This document shows, one piece after another, positions 49,641 to 62,783 of a stretch of DNA of 64,000 nucleotides. The stretch is taken from the NCBI RefSeq assembly GCF_001949145.1, contig NW_019091359.1:3512431-3576430 (forward strand), in the 5' to 3' direction. Position 1 is the stretch's first letter; each line of letters starts with the position of its first letter. The position numbers and the translations under genes were made by a program. This stretch comes from Acanthaster planci (Eukaryota). Under the pieces are notes generated by a model that was not told where the DNA came from, did no database searches, and saw nothing but the letters and a program-made list of their open reading frames with translations.

Positions 49641-52600
49641 GCAACTCGCATTTTGAACAAAAGAGTTTTTAGCTAGGAACTGCTTATATATTTATTGGGA
49701 CCGGAGTTCAAGTTCTCCATTGTTCTTTTTAGTTTCCTTGGACATAATCGTGTTTCTCTTTTCTTAATTAGACTAAGTGTTGATTTTCAATGTATTTTGA
49801 TTAAACATTTTTATGATTGTAACGAGGATGTCAAAATTCACGTTTTTAATGTGACGGTACGTGAACTGGACTCGCCACGAGCACGAGGAATCTTCTTACG
49901 AGTTTGAGAACGAGTACGAGTACATTTTCATGACCGGGCCTAAGAGTAGGCCTACCCAAAACGTACTACGAATGCAAGCACAATACTACACGAAAACTTA
50001 GTCGAATGTATTACAGCTCTTTAATAAGGGAAGTTAATCGGTAGCTTTTTTTTGGGGGGGGGGTAAACGAACCGTTTTTCATGTACAAAAAGGAAGAAAG
50101 TTCTTTCCCATATTATGAATTTTAGTTGTTTTTAAGTCTGACAAGAGAACGTTTATGTTGATTTTAATTGTAACGTGTGTGCGGCGTGATTATTAGCATG
50201 CATACGTTTGTGTAAATAATTGAATTAAGAGGCATTAAATGGCCCGGTGGATTCTTTTTCCCCAAATTCAGAGGCATCCTTGGACACAAGGCAATGAAAG
50301 ATATGCACTATCAATGTGTTTGATTTCATATAGCAACTCCATGTTCTTGTCATACTTTTCAAAATCTCAAAAATAATGATAAAATCTGCACCATGAATGT
50401 TCACAAAGGATGGAGGGAACAGTAGGAAAAAATGGAAGAAACGACACTCCAAATTTAGGTACTGGCCACTAAGTCTCTGGACGAAATATTTTTTTTCTGT
50501 TTATGCCATGATTCGAAATTGTGAAATTATGGAAGAAAACGTGTACCCGTATTTACTGTTAATTCGATTACATTTGTTATCTTAGACGTGAGATATTACA
50601 ACTTCGCCGTTTCGCCGTCGTTTCCAGACCAGGAGCTGTCGGTTAATGTGTGAACTTCTAGTTCCAGCGACATTTCAAAGTCCTTGACAATTTACACTTT
50701 AACTTACAAAGCATATGCTTTGTGTACCAACGAATTAATTTGCAATTTACGAGTCTAAAGTTTCAGTTTTGCAGCTTCAGCAATGGGTGCAGTCATAGTT
50801 TGCCATTAATCGTAGCGTACTCTGCATGTATAGCTTGACCGTACAGATAGCCGAACTCACATGGAGTACAATTGCAAGCCACCTCCTCTCGAATTATGAA
50901 TTCTCTGCTGTCCAAAATTGTTGAAATCTTTTACAAGTTAGTTCATGCAATCTGAAAATGTTAACCAAAATGTAGGTCTAACTGATTTGTTTTATTGAAC
51001 TAGATCTCTCCACAAGTAAATTTAATGTTTTCGTGCGCAGCTTGAAGATTAATGAAAGTGAAATCAGAAAAAAAATTCCAACGCTGGTCGCCATCACGCA
51101 TCTATCTGAGACCCCTGGCAAACTCAGCCAGCAAATGTCACCACTACACTATAGAAAGCCTCAGTTTCGATGCGGATATGCGCAGACGGCGCCAATGTGA
51201 AATCTCCTATTGCGAGGAGTAACGCTGTTCAATATTTGACTGGGTCTTTTTAAACAGAAATACTGAGTTGTCAAGAATGGTGTTATATGCCCTAAGAAGA
51301 GAGCAGCTCCGATGATTCTGTTATTAAAAATAATACAGTTTCCATAGCTCCCACCACTTAACACTCAACAAATAACAACATGAACTACGTGAAAGCAACT
51401 GGCAGAGCTCATTTGTGCAAATTAGAATTCAACTTCTATCGGAGTCTTTTCCTGCTTTGTAGAAAAAGCGGAGTTGCCATAATCGATTACGTCAGCATGA
51501 GTTTTCACCATAATTTGTAACTCGGGTTTTCGTAGTCTAATTTGCCACTTATACTGTATTTTGGTTACTACAATTTCCCCCAACCTTTATAAACATTCAT
51601 AATGCAAATTTTGCCAGTGGTGTTGGGGGTTAAAATTCTGTCAAACAGGATGCAGATTGAGCTAGATCAACAGTCATCACATCGTGAATTCAGTCATGAA
51701 GCTGGTTCGAAAATCGGTATGCGGTGGTACCGCGTCGTGCAATCGGGACGGGGACGTTATCGTGGCCCGTGTCTCACGGGTGGGTTGCCTCAAAGCGGCG
51801 AGGCCTTGCAGTGCTCAGTGCTGACCACGATAGCTTGCTGGTGAAGGGATTTTTTTTAAGAACAGAGGGAGCATTTTTTTCAAATTCTATTTTTAAAAAT
51901 GCAATTTTCAAAGAGTTTCACAAAACTATATTACGAAAATTACTTCATACAAAAAGCTTCGACCACAGCTGGACGGTCCAGCTAGTGGTGTGTACCGAGC
52001 CATACTACCGTCGAACTGGAATGTAAGCTTAACGGCAGGATCGAGGCGAATGGCTGCTACATCACTGACTCTATGTAGACAGGAAAGATCGGGCGAGCTA
52101 GCAGAACTACGCGCGGCTCAAGACGGGTAAGTCTGTCCACGGAGGAAGGAACACACTATATACGGTGTGTGGCGTGGCGGTGGTAATATATGTTTTCGTA
52201 CAAAAGTAACCCCGTATCTAAAGCAAATTTTCTGTGTATGGTGATTTTATGTTGGATGCTCTTAAAATTTCAACGTGTATTTATGGGTTTTCATGTTTGC
52301 TGAGAATTAATACCTTCACTTTCCATTCTAAACAATCCCCTCTTTTCTGTTTTGATGATAATTATTGAAATGATCCTGCATATCTGTTGACTTTTTATAT
52401 TCGAATAAAAAAATTATACTCCTAAATGTAGGGCCTCATAACTATTTTGAGGGGTGATCAATTATCTCCGAAGAGAAATATCTTCAAAACTCATCGATTA
52501 AGCCACTAAAATTGAAAGGAAAAATGAAACTCGAGGATCTGAGCTTAAATTTGACATTTGCCTTTAACACCTAAAACCCGTAGTTTTGTTCCTGATTTTT

Positions 52601-55600
52601 GAAGATTTAAATGTTTGATTTTTTTTCTTTCAATAACGCGATGAAGGGCATATTTCCTGTGGACGGAATTCACCAGACTATACACGTAACACGAAAATGA
52701 CAACTTCTGGGTGGCAAAACCAGGGGGAAAGGAGAAGGCAATTGTCGGGGCTCTTTCATTTGCCTCGAGAAAGCATGAAAAGCCCCAAATTTAGCCCGAC
52801 TCCTCAACTTGAAGGCCATGAGAGATTATATTAAGAACTTTTTCAATTTATGCACCCTGCGAACAATTTTGGTCCCTGAAAATTTTGTTTTGGATCCGCC
52901 CTGAAATATATTTATATCATGCGCATGACGAATAGACCAACGTGTTTGACTATATATCGTTACATAGATTTCTACACAATAAATGATATTTGTGACCATG
53001 GCCAAATTTTGCACACTATGCTTAGATCGACCAGATCTCTGTGGTCGGTTCCTTAACCACAAAGAGGCTCAACTATGTGTGTACTGAAATTTTGAATTTT
53101 CAGGATTTTCCAGTGAGTTAAAAGTCAGATTTCCAATAAAGGAAGTTTCTCAACATTATGACCGAAATTATAATGATGGGTCATGATAACTGTGCCTTTG
53201 ATAACTGAGGTCTGACGATACTCATGCCAAATGGACGAAATAATTCAAGTTTTCTACCGAGCACCATATGGTGATAAGAATGTGATTGAAGAACCGTCTT
53301 ATCGTCCAAAAAAATCCAGCTTGGGTTGGGAGTTGTTTATTAAGATTGTGCTTGGCCTCAAGAAGTATTCTTTAGATCTTGCTTTTATCATTGATAGTCC
53401 TACTTATTTAAGTCTTATATTTATGAGTTTAGCTTGGTTACACGTCTTATTCACATGTATTTCATTGCCTTAAACAAAATGACTGATAATTAATTGGACT
53501 AACCTTGTTCACTGTAACAAACGCTTCTTTTAAACCAAGTAAATTTCAGTTCAAATCTTTTATTTTTACCAACACTTCGATGCATGGACAAAAAAATTCT
53601 TGGACATATTAAATCTTGTATGGATGGAGGTCTCCAAGAAGCGAGAGCATGTCGAGTGGAGACCCCATCGTGTGAAGTTAACAAATGTCATAACATATGT
53701 AACTAATGTTGGGCAAAAAATTAAAAAATAAAATAACGCAGGGCTAAAAAGTGGTGGAACAACTTCATTCTACAACCTTTGGTTAAAAGTGAAAAATATG
53801 AATGATCTTTTGCACATATTTACAGAAGATTTTGACTAATTTAGTGCTGAGAAAACAAAAAGCTCATATCATTTTTACTTGCAAGTTGGTGGCATTGATA
53901 TTTATTTGCTTGTTTTGCCACCCACACACACTCTTTGCTGAATGTTATCTCATTGATAAAAACCTTTATATAGCCTTTATGGCATTTAGATGTCTGATCT
54001 TCGAGAAAATCTTCCAGACGGTAAATGTTTTTGCCCGATTTTCCCAAAACTGTTGTCACGCCAATCATTAATCCTAACCTTACAAGAATTACCTAAGTGA
54101 CACATTTGAAAGTAAAAGCGCGTAATTTTATATTTTCATCTAATATAAGTTATCCAAACCTGCTTTCCTTTTTCTCTCTGAAAATATGATTTCAAACATG
54201 ATGGCCTTTCTGGAAGAATTCCATGTTATAAGAAAGTTTCCTCTATTGACATATGATACCAAAAGGGTTTTTACTTCCCTTAAGCTGGGTCGCACTTTAA
54301 AAGTAGCAAACAAAGCAAAGCAACATGGAACCATGTTTTCTCACAACTGAAACTAGTTCGTAAGTGTACAACAGAAATACATTTTAATGTTGCTTTATTA
54401 CTTCCTGCTTGTACTCTTGACAAGGAGATGTAAAGTGCCTTGTTTTGATCTGCACAGCTGTTTGATTTGCCACCCACGTATACACTTATGAATGATATCT
54501 GATCTACCAAACCTTTACATAACTTTGCTGACACTTAGATGTCTAAAATGTACTAGTCAACAACTATTCTCTGATTTTTTTCTCTAAATGTTGTCACGCC
54601 ACTTTTCTTCGGTAGTTTAGAAGGGAATCTAAAAAGTTCTCCGTTTGCCTTGGTTTGATCTGTCAAAATCATTAACTTGAAAATGTTGTTGTGTACAGGT
54701 GATTTTTTAACACTTAAAGCAGCATAGTTTTACAGGATAGATCTTACCAATCTCAAACACTGGAGAAGAACAGTTATATGAAAATACTTTTGAAATATGG
54801 TCAGCCGCGTACCCAGCTTTTGGTGTGCGAGTGTACATGTGTGTGTGGGGGGATTCGATACTGAATGTGGCTTTGGGCTAATTCAACATGATGTGGGGGA
54901 AAACCTTACTCTCGGTCCCGACATCCTTGCTTTCATTTGCTGGTGTTGTTTTCCTTAATATCTTGGCGCTATTATTTGATAAATCAATGTAACGATTACT
55001 TTCTTTCCCACCTATGAAGTATTTTTAATTTAAAAACCCTGCCCCCCCATCTGGATACGCCACTGAATATGGTACAGCGTGACTCGCATGTCCAACCCTT
55101 TTGTATACTGGACATATTCCACAATGTTCGACAACTTCCAAGGTTTAGGAGTTTGAGAACCAGACAATCCCGTTTGGGGAGAGATTCCATAAAAAAAATG
55201 AATTTGGCATCATCTGTGTGATGGCTTGAAATGCAACTGGTCAGTATAACGCTGACAGAGTGTGTTCCCTCTACAGGAATTACAGGAATATATATCAAAG
55301 AATAAGATCAAGTGGTACCCCAAAAAATGGATTGGTAGAATATTAGCCGGCCTGCATCAAAGGTAATTAAGGCCTGTATCACAATGATTTCATTTGTCAA
55401 GGGCTGCGTGCACACAATTTCAACAGAAATGGCCACTTGGCTCTGACTAGAATTTGCATTGCTGATGATAAGTAATCCTCCATTGTTACGGAAATGTTTG
55501 CCTAAAAGCAAACCAAGGGATTTCCCAGTTGTTCCAGGAAATCATGAGTGCCACTTACATGTATTCAAATGGCGCGTTCAACACTACTCGACACTACGTG

Positions 55601-55856
55601 ACTTTGTGTTTATGGTAGTGTCTTATTAAAATGTATTAGGGGTTTACCAGTTGACCAGAACCTATAACGCGTCATATCAACCTGGCTGGACACGCATCAA
55701 GCAGTAAAATACTTGTTTACTTGAATTCTAATGAAACTAAAGAGTGCTCGGGGGTGATGAGATCCCCTTGTTAATAAAACTTGTTAGGAAAGGAAACAGA
55801 CGAATATGAGGTTACACATTCACTTTCCGAAATGTGCAGTTTCCGTAAGGGATTTC

Positions 55857-57710
55857 CTTTTAGGGATAACTCCATAGAAGTATATACCGGTACATGTAGA
55901 TCAAAGATGTACAGAATGTTCTCTATATCCTACCTCTACAATGTAGGTGGAGAGAAATGGGGGGGGGGAGAGAAAAATGGAAGCATAATGGAATAAATTA
56001 ATGGCTTGTCATTTCATGAAGGGAATTGGAACAAAATTAGCAAAGGGTTTACACAATTTTCCAAATGGTGAACGTATTTACACTGGATAAATCCTGATCG
56101 AGCTTCAGTTAGTTGCGACCAAGCAAAACAGCCGAAGGTTAAAGAGGTTAGTTGCATACTTACAATAGAGTTTTGGAATTTTTATCCAAACTAAATAAAC
56201 CAGAAATTCCAAAAACACATCACATACTGACTTTCCATGAGACCTAAACAAGGATTTAGTGTCGTGTTCAAAAGGTACACTTGGTCCTATTGCTCAAACT
56301 TTGGAAATTCAGGACGAAGAACTACACGCTTTTCAGGGATAAATCCACAGAGCTATATAAGCCTATAGTTAAAACGTACAGAATTTCCTCAATATTTAGG
56401 CCTGTAGGTGGCAAGAAATGGGCAACCCCCCCAAAAAAAAACAAAAGAAAGAAAAGAGATGACAAATGAGAATGTATTTTGGTATAATTTAATGGCTTGT
56501 CATTTCGTTAAGAGAATTGGAATAAATAGCAATTGGTTCATTGCATTTTCTGAAAGGTGCACGTATATTACCACTATTTATAAAAAGCCTGGAAATCCCC
56601 GATCGGGCTAAAGGTTGAGATCAAGCCAAACAGTCGGAGGTATTTTGGGTCAAGACATACTTTTCATGGAATTTTTGAATTTGCCTTTACATTAAACAAA
56701 CTGGGAACCCCCAACACAACACATGCTGACTTTCTATGAAGAGAACTAAATAATTGATTTAGTGTCATGTTCAAAAGGTGGTTATTCTCATTGTCCAACC
56801 TGTGGGCATTCGGGACTGTTGAGACTTTCATATGCAGCAAGGTATGAGACGGAGAGAGAACCCCCCTGCTTTGTGTTGGTAATTGTCTCGCGGGAATCTG
56901 GGGAATTCCTTTCAGACATATTGGGGGAATGTGTTAAGTAACAATAGTCTGGAATGTGTATAGGGATTGACATGTTGGGGGGGTACCCCTCGGTCTCATT
57001 TCTTGCTGGGTATAGAGACTTTAGCTGCCCAGTATTATACTACAAGGAATGCGGGTTGACTCACACTCACAGGAAACACTTGTCAAAAAGGATACTAAAA
57101 GGTGATACAATAATCTCAAACTAATACATCATATCAACAATAACCTTCACACATTGAATCAAAATCCGGTCTATGGTTCAAAATTTTGGTTTGCTGAAAT
57201 CAAGAATAACTATCCTCCTTTTAGGAATAAAACCATACACTTAGTTGAAACGCAGACAGAATTTCCTGTCGGTGGGAATAAATGAGCCACTAAGAAAAGG
57301 AAAGAAAAGAAAGGGAGAAGAAAATAAGAAAGCACAGTGACAAACATAAATGGTTGGTCATTTCATTAAGTGCATTGGAACAAAATAGCAAAACGTGTAG
57401 GGCAGTTTTTGAAAGATGTACGACGTCGTATTGCCGCTTTGACAACCCGGAAATTCCCGATCGAGCTTCAGGTTGGCTGCGACCAAACAAAACAGCTAGC
57501 TAAAGGTTTTCAGGGCCAAGACATATCCTTTGAAATTTCCCCTACACTAAACAAACTACAGACTGGAAATTCCTAACATAGCACATACTGACTTTCCATA
57601 AAGAGAACAGAACATTGCTTTAGTGTCATGTCCAAAAGGTACAGTTATTCCTATTGCTTAACCTGTGGACATTCAGGACTGTTGAGGTTTAGCTGCCCAG
57701 GACTACACAA
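55857..57710. repeat. Three diverged tandem copies of a ~470-500 bp unit
   Basis: Units start near 55857, 56329 and 57218. Shared blocks include AATGG.TTGTCATTTC, CC.GATCG.GCT, ACATACTGACTTTCCAT and TTTAGTGTC.TGT.CAAAAGGT. Confidence 0.85.
56829..57014. mobile_element. 186-bp hAT-like MITE with 8-bp target-site duplication
   Basis: Imperfect TIR: left CATATGCAGCAAGGTATGAGAC, right (reverse complement) TATACCCAGCAAGAAATGAGAC. TSD GAGACTTT at 56821-56828 and 57015-57022. Confidence 0.88.
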
Positions 57711-60700
57711 AGTGTGTATTGATGCAGTTTCTCATTTATTTCTCTCATAAGAACAGCACCAATTACAGAAAAAAGGGGGGAGGGGGGAAGAGAGAGAAAA
57801 CTTGTCATGTTGACAAGATAAAACTTATTTACCTAAGTGTCTGAATCAACAAGAATTCACATGCCAAAGAGGAAACTTGTTCAGTGCATTCAAGAGCTTC
57901 TGGGGAAAAAGCTCGCTCCAGTAGCTTTCCGGCGCACACCTCTTGCCACTCGACCACCAAGCTAGTCGTAAAAAGATGGTCCAAATCTATAGCTCAACTA
58001 TTGATTGGATTTGGATCCCTCCCTGATTAATTCTACCGACAAGTGCAGTTCTCACCTTGACCGGAACCCACGCATTGACCGTTTTCAGAGTGCTTTTGAT
58101 AAAAGAATAGCTCAATCAATTACTTCAGGTGATTTGATATTATATACCAATCAGATTTCTCACTTATTTTCTCTGTCAATTACTCTTGTCTGGGAACTCT
58201 ATATACAGTTGGATGAAAATCCAACAGGATTATTCACGTTCAGGCAAATGTATCAGGAGGGGAATGTTTTGAGTAACTGTGGACGCTAATTCCATTATAG
58301 GCCCGATTGGCAGTTCAACACATTTTAACCCTACCCCCCTAGGGTGTATGTAAAATCATAATGAGATTGGAGGATTTGGGACTGTTAGGGTTAATCTGCA
58401 TTTCAAGCGGCTGTTAAGGCTGGGCACTGTTTTAGTATTGAACCCGGAAATAGTATTCGAGTAACATCGAGTTTCTGTCTGACAGTTGGGCAATGTGATG
58501 ATGTATCACGTAATAAAATGCTACCTTTGTAAGATAAATGTATTTACGCTTGTTTTACTATCGCAGATTCCCAGAGAATCAACTATTTTGAGAGTTTTAA
58601 GCGATTTCCTCCTTCAAGGTAAAGCGCTAGTAAATCTTAAGGCTCGGCGTGATTTTGCAAGAGTTGAATATTACGTTAAGTATTACCTTGCTTCCCATGA
58701 TACTGAGGGTCATGGGAAGCAACGTAATACTTTTTGCCAACTTAATAAAATGTTATGTTATGACCCCATTTTTTCAAACACAACGAAATGGAGTAGTGCT
58801 GAATTCCAATGCCGGATTACCTCTCGACAAACTTCATGATGCTGGGTGCAAAGCACACTGTAGTCTCCCGATTGTATAGTAGTCACAAACAAACACCCAC
58901 TCACCAACCTGAACCTAGAGTTCATGCACACCGGGACGTGCCATGTGTCACGTATGCACAGGCCCCATAGAGCTACAAGTGCGCATGCGCCTTTCATTTT
59001 TAAGCAGAAAACAGCGGGTACATCCTGTAATACCAAAATGAAGCAGAAAAAAAAGATTTTCACAGCAATCAAGGCTTGACACTACAAACAACACACATAA
59101 TAGTGAATATCAGAAGTGTATAAAAAAGTGAATTTTCTACCAACAAAATAATTCAAAATTGCAAAAATATCTACGTGTTTCATGAATTAATTTTTAATTG
59201 AAAATAACTTTTGTGAGAAGAAAATCCCTGCCCCAAATAAATATCCACCTCAGCGCATTAATTTCATGCATTTATGTTAAATCCGCTGGATAAAAGTTAA
59301 TAATAATGTCCTATCGAATCGCCGAGACTCTGTACTGTTCTAACAGCGCACGTCAATTCAAAACCATACCAAAATGGTATAGTGACTGGGATCATGAAAT
59401 TTCTGCCAAAGGTATACCATTTCTTTCAGGATTGATACTACCGGTATTCGACAACACAGAATTGTTAGTTGCAGACATTTCTTGTTCACCACTTTCATGG
59501 CTACAGGTGCTGTACAGTACCCTGACGTTGTAGTTGACGAATCCAACACAGCACAGGTTCATGTACAAACATGTACATGATTATGTTCATCCTAAATGTA
59601 CATACACATTATGTTCGTGTTAACTCACGGCAGCAGTGTAGCCAGGATTCGGGGGGGGGCAAGCCGGGCCGGCTTCACGCTAAGGGGGGGGGCTGACTGG
59701 CGGCTGATTTGGATTTTGCAATTTGTATTGGCCTAACCAATAATGGCGTCCAAAATGCAAGGGGGGGCAACTGGGGAAGACAATTTTTCATGGGAGGGTC
59801 CTTGGGGGCGTGTCCCCCCACCCTTAGCCGTACGGTATTTAAAAGCCTGCCGTTACAAGAGCATGGTACAAAGTTATCTTCATATTTATCAAACCTTCGG
59901 CAAAGCAATAGCTCTGCACTGGGAGAATATGGCATTATTTCTGCATAAAATAACAATAAATGATACGTGACGGATTTGGCCTTCATAAAATGTCCTTATT
60001 CACACGGTTTGGGGCGAAAATTTTGGCTAACTTCAAACTCATTTGCAGAATCTTTACACGATGCATCCCATTTTTTGGCTTGCAATCATTCAGACACTCT
60101 TTGTCTTTCAGTAAATCTGCCCTTTATAACCAGGAAAAAAAAAGAAAATTTTCAAATTTAGAAGCACCCAATTTCTTGAAGTGGGAAAAATTGGGGGCTG
60201 GTTTAAAAATATGTTTCTAGTACATTTTCTGATGCAGGGCACAAAATCAATGCCACTGAAACATAATATACTTCATGAGTTTTGGATTTAACATTAAATA
60301 TTTCATTGGTTTTGCTCAATTTCATAAAAATTCATTGCCAAATTTTTAGATCCCTTTAGGATCAAAGCACGCGAAATTAGAAACCGCCTGTTGCTATGGT
60401 GTTAATAAGCACAGGTCTTGCGCACGAGTACATTGGTAATAAACATCAGGAACAAACGGAGCTTTGAATGTGGGCGGTCCAAACAGCGTCCCTTTGGGTG
60501 ATTGGTTATTTCATTTGCACTTAAAAATCCTAAAGGTGGTTTTATGCATTGAAAAAATGCAAAGGTTCTCTGCGCAGCAGTCGTTCAGGTAATGGTGACA
60601 GATTAATGTTTCAACGGTGATCTCATGAAGTTGCTCTTACCATCGTTCTTTTGAACATTCATCATGTGCATACTGTATCACGCCCACAAAACCATAACGA

Positions 60701-61350
60701 ACATTGTGTTAGCGTTCAGTCGGGTACAGTTCTTCGATGTGAGCGATTCACACCACATATTGTGACACTCCGCTGTGCCAGGTATCGATTACAGTTGCTT
60801 TCGCGCGCGATAGATCTTTACGGACACATCACACAATCCTCATGCTTTCAGTACACGTCTGCTCGTTAATTTGCTTTGTTCAGTTCTTCAATACAGCTTC
60901 TATATTACTCAAAGATCACATTTTCATATGATTTTAAGTTATTATGTGAAGGACACACAGAGAAAATCTGAAATTCCCACCATTTGGGGCATTTTTTCTA
61001 CTCTTGTATTTAGAAGAAGCGCTTTCAAAGTAGTGATTGCCAACGTTTTTGCTCCATTTCTCTTCAGTCTGACATTCTTTATTCTTTTTAAATCATTAAA
61101 CTGAGGAATAGGCCTACACGTCGACATTAATAAACCACTGAATAAGAACGCCAACCACTTATATTTTATTTATTATTGTCAATAAGCTAAATTTTGCTCA
61201 GCCATCCTGGTCTGACTGTACTTAAATTAAGTCACGGGTATTTGATTTTACAATTCAACGAATCGGTGATAAAAGATGCGCAGTGTCCTTAATTCTGTTA
61301 TTCAATTTTAGGACTGAAAAATTCCCAGTGATACATTGACGACTTGCAAG

Positions 61351-61585
61351 ATGAGGGTGAACGTGCGAGTCCGTAATGAATGGCTGCTTGTGCCAGCAAA
61401 ATCATCCAAACTTACGGTAGATTGGTTAGGGAAGCAAGCCTTGGCCCGTTATCGTACCCTCAAGGATTACGACCAAGAAGAGCAAGATAGCGTGTTGGAG
61501 ATACGAAAATCGCCAGGAGGGAGTTTGCTGTTTCCAGATGACCACATCGAGGATGTTGTGGAAAACGATGGATTCGTCTACACCG
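61351..61585 (+). CDS. HAL: First coding exon of histidine ammonia-lyase (histidase), Par3/HAL N-terminal domain; gene continues beyond the window
   Basis: MRVNVRVRNEWLLVPAKSSKLTVDWLGKQALARY...LLFPDDHIEDVVENDGFV matches the animal HAL N terminus (V.VR.EWL.VP...LTV.WLG..A..RY). Acceptor before 61312, donor CCG|GTAAGT after 61585. The catalytic domain is not visible in the window. Confidence 0.82.
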
Positions 61586-62736
61586 GTAAGTGACAAGAGT
61601 AATGATACTCTTTGGTTAGGTCCAGGCCTTCAGTGCATACAGTACATATCTTGGGCGGTCTTACGTCTCAAATATAGCTTCAGCTTACCATTATCCAAGT
61701 GCTGGGTCCCCTTCAATTGCAAGCCGATGTAGACGCAATGCGTTTCAAAGGGGGAAGCATTTGGCCGCACCCTCGTCTCGAGGCATGTGCCCCACATGGC
61801 CCCTTCTCGGTATTAGAGGAGAAAATCTGCATGGTGATAGTCTCCCTTAATGAAAGTTTCAAACAAATGCCCCTCTAGAAAATGGGGCACCAAGTGCCCT
61901 AAATACACCACGCATGTTTTCCATACAATTAGTTTAACTTTAAACATCGGCGTTTTGGTTCGGTTATTGCATTGTGGCATGGTTAAAAGGGGAGGGAAAC
62001 TTGTAAACCTCTGATAATGTCCCCAAAAGTAGTTCGTATGAACGCTTACGACAAATTTACACGAATGTCTGGCCAATTGTGCCATTTACGTTTGATAAAA
62101 ATTGTAAATTTAGCAGCGTTGAATGAACGTGTTTTATTTTCAGAACATTACCACGTAGTGAACAAATGAAATATCAACAAGTAATTATTAAAGTGAAGGA
62201 CTTTAATGATCGCATTTTTCTAAGGTACCGATGTTGAAGTATTTCAATTTTAATGACCACTTATATTTAGGGCATCTCACTTTGACAACTAGAAATTGGC
62301 TATTTAACAACAGTTCACTGCTTTGATGCGGAATGTGTCGTTTTTATAACCCGCAGGGTGCATAGGCTGAATCGGGGGTTGGGGGGTTGGAGCACTTTCG
62401 ATGATGACTTACATGTATATTTGGTCATGCTCTGAAAAGATTAGTCGGTCATCGTGCACCAAAAGTTTGTCAAGTCGAGAAAAATGTTATTCTTTTGAGA
62501 ATTAACTATTTGTTTTACATCTAAAAGACTAATCGGATGTCCTTTGACTAATCAGTTTTTTAAAGTAATTATCTAATTGCTTAAAAAGACAGATTCAAGT
62601 TTTGTTCATTTTGCTGTGTAACAGTAATAAGTACCGATAAGATTTCCTTATCAAGTTTGTCACTACAGTTTTGAAAGATGGATTAAAATGCACATGAGAA
62701 ATTTAATGATTAATCAGTTGCAAGAATCAGTTGCAA

Positions 62737-62783
62737 GAGTGCGGTGCCACCGTAGTTATTGCGTCTAATCGGATTTGTCTATA
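62737..62783. repeat. Solo end of the 10228-10405 MITE family
   Basis: GAGTGCGGTGCCACCGTAGTTATTGCGTCTAATCGGATTTGTCTAT resembles 10360-10405. Confidence 0.6.

Noticed and set aside
52200..55800. Numerous 60-100 aa ORFs in the spacer
   Set aside because: AT-rich, mostly non-ATG starts, with no consistent splice chain and no recognisable domains.
61351..61585. Alternative identity as a Par3 N-terminal domain
   Set aside because: The EWL.VP and TV.WLG..A..RY pattern fits HAL rather than the Par3 start MKVTVCFG.
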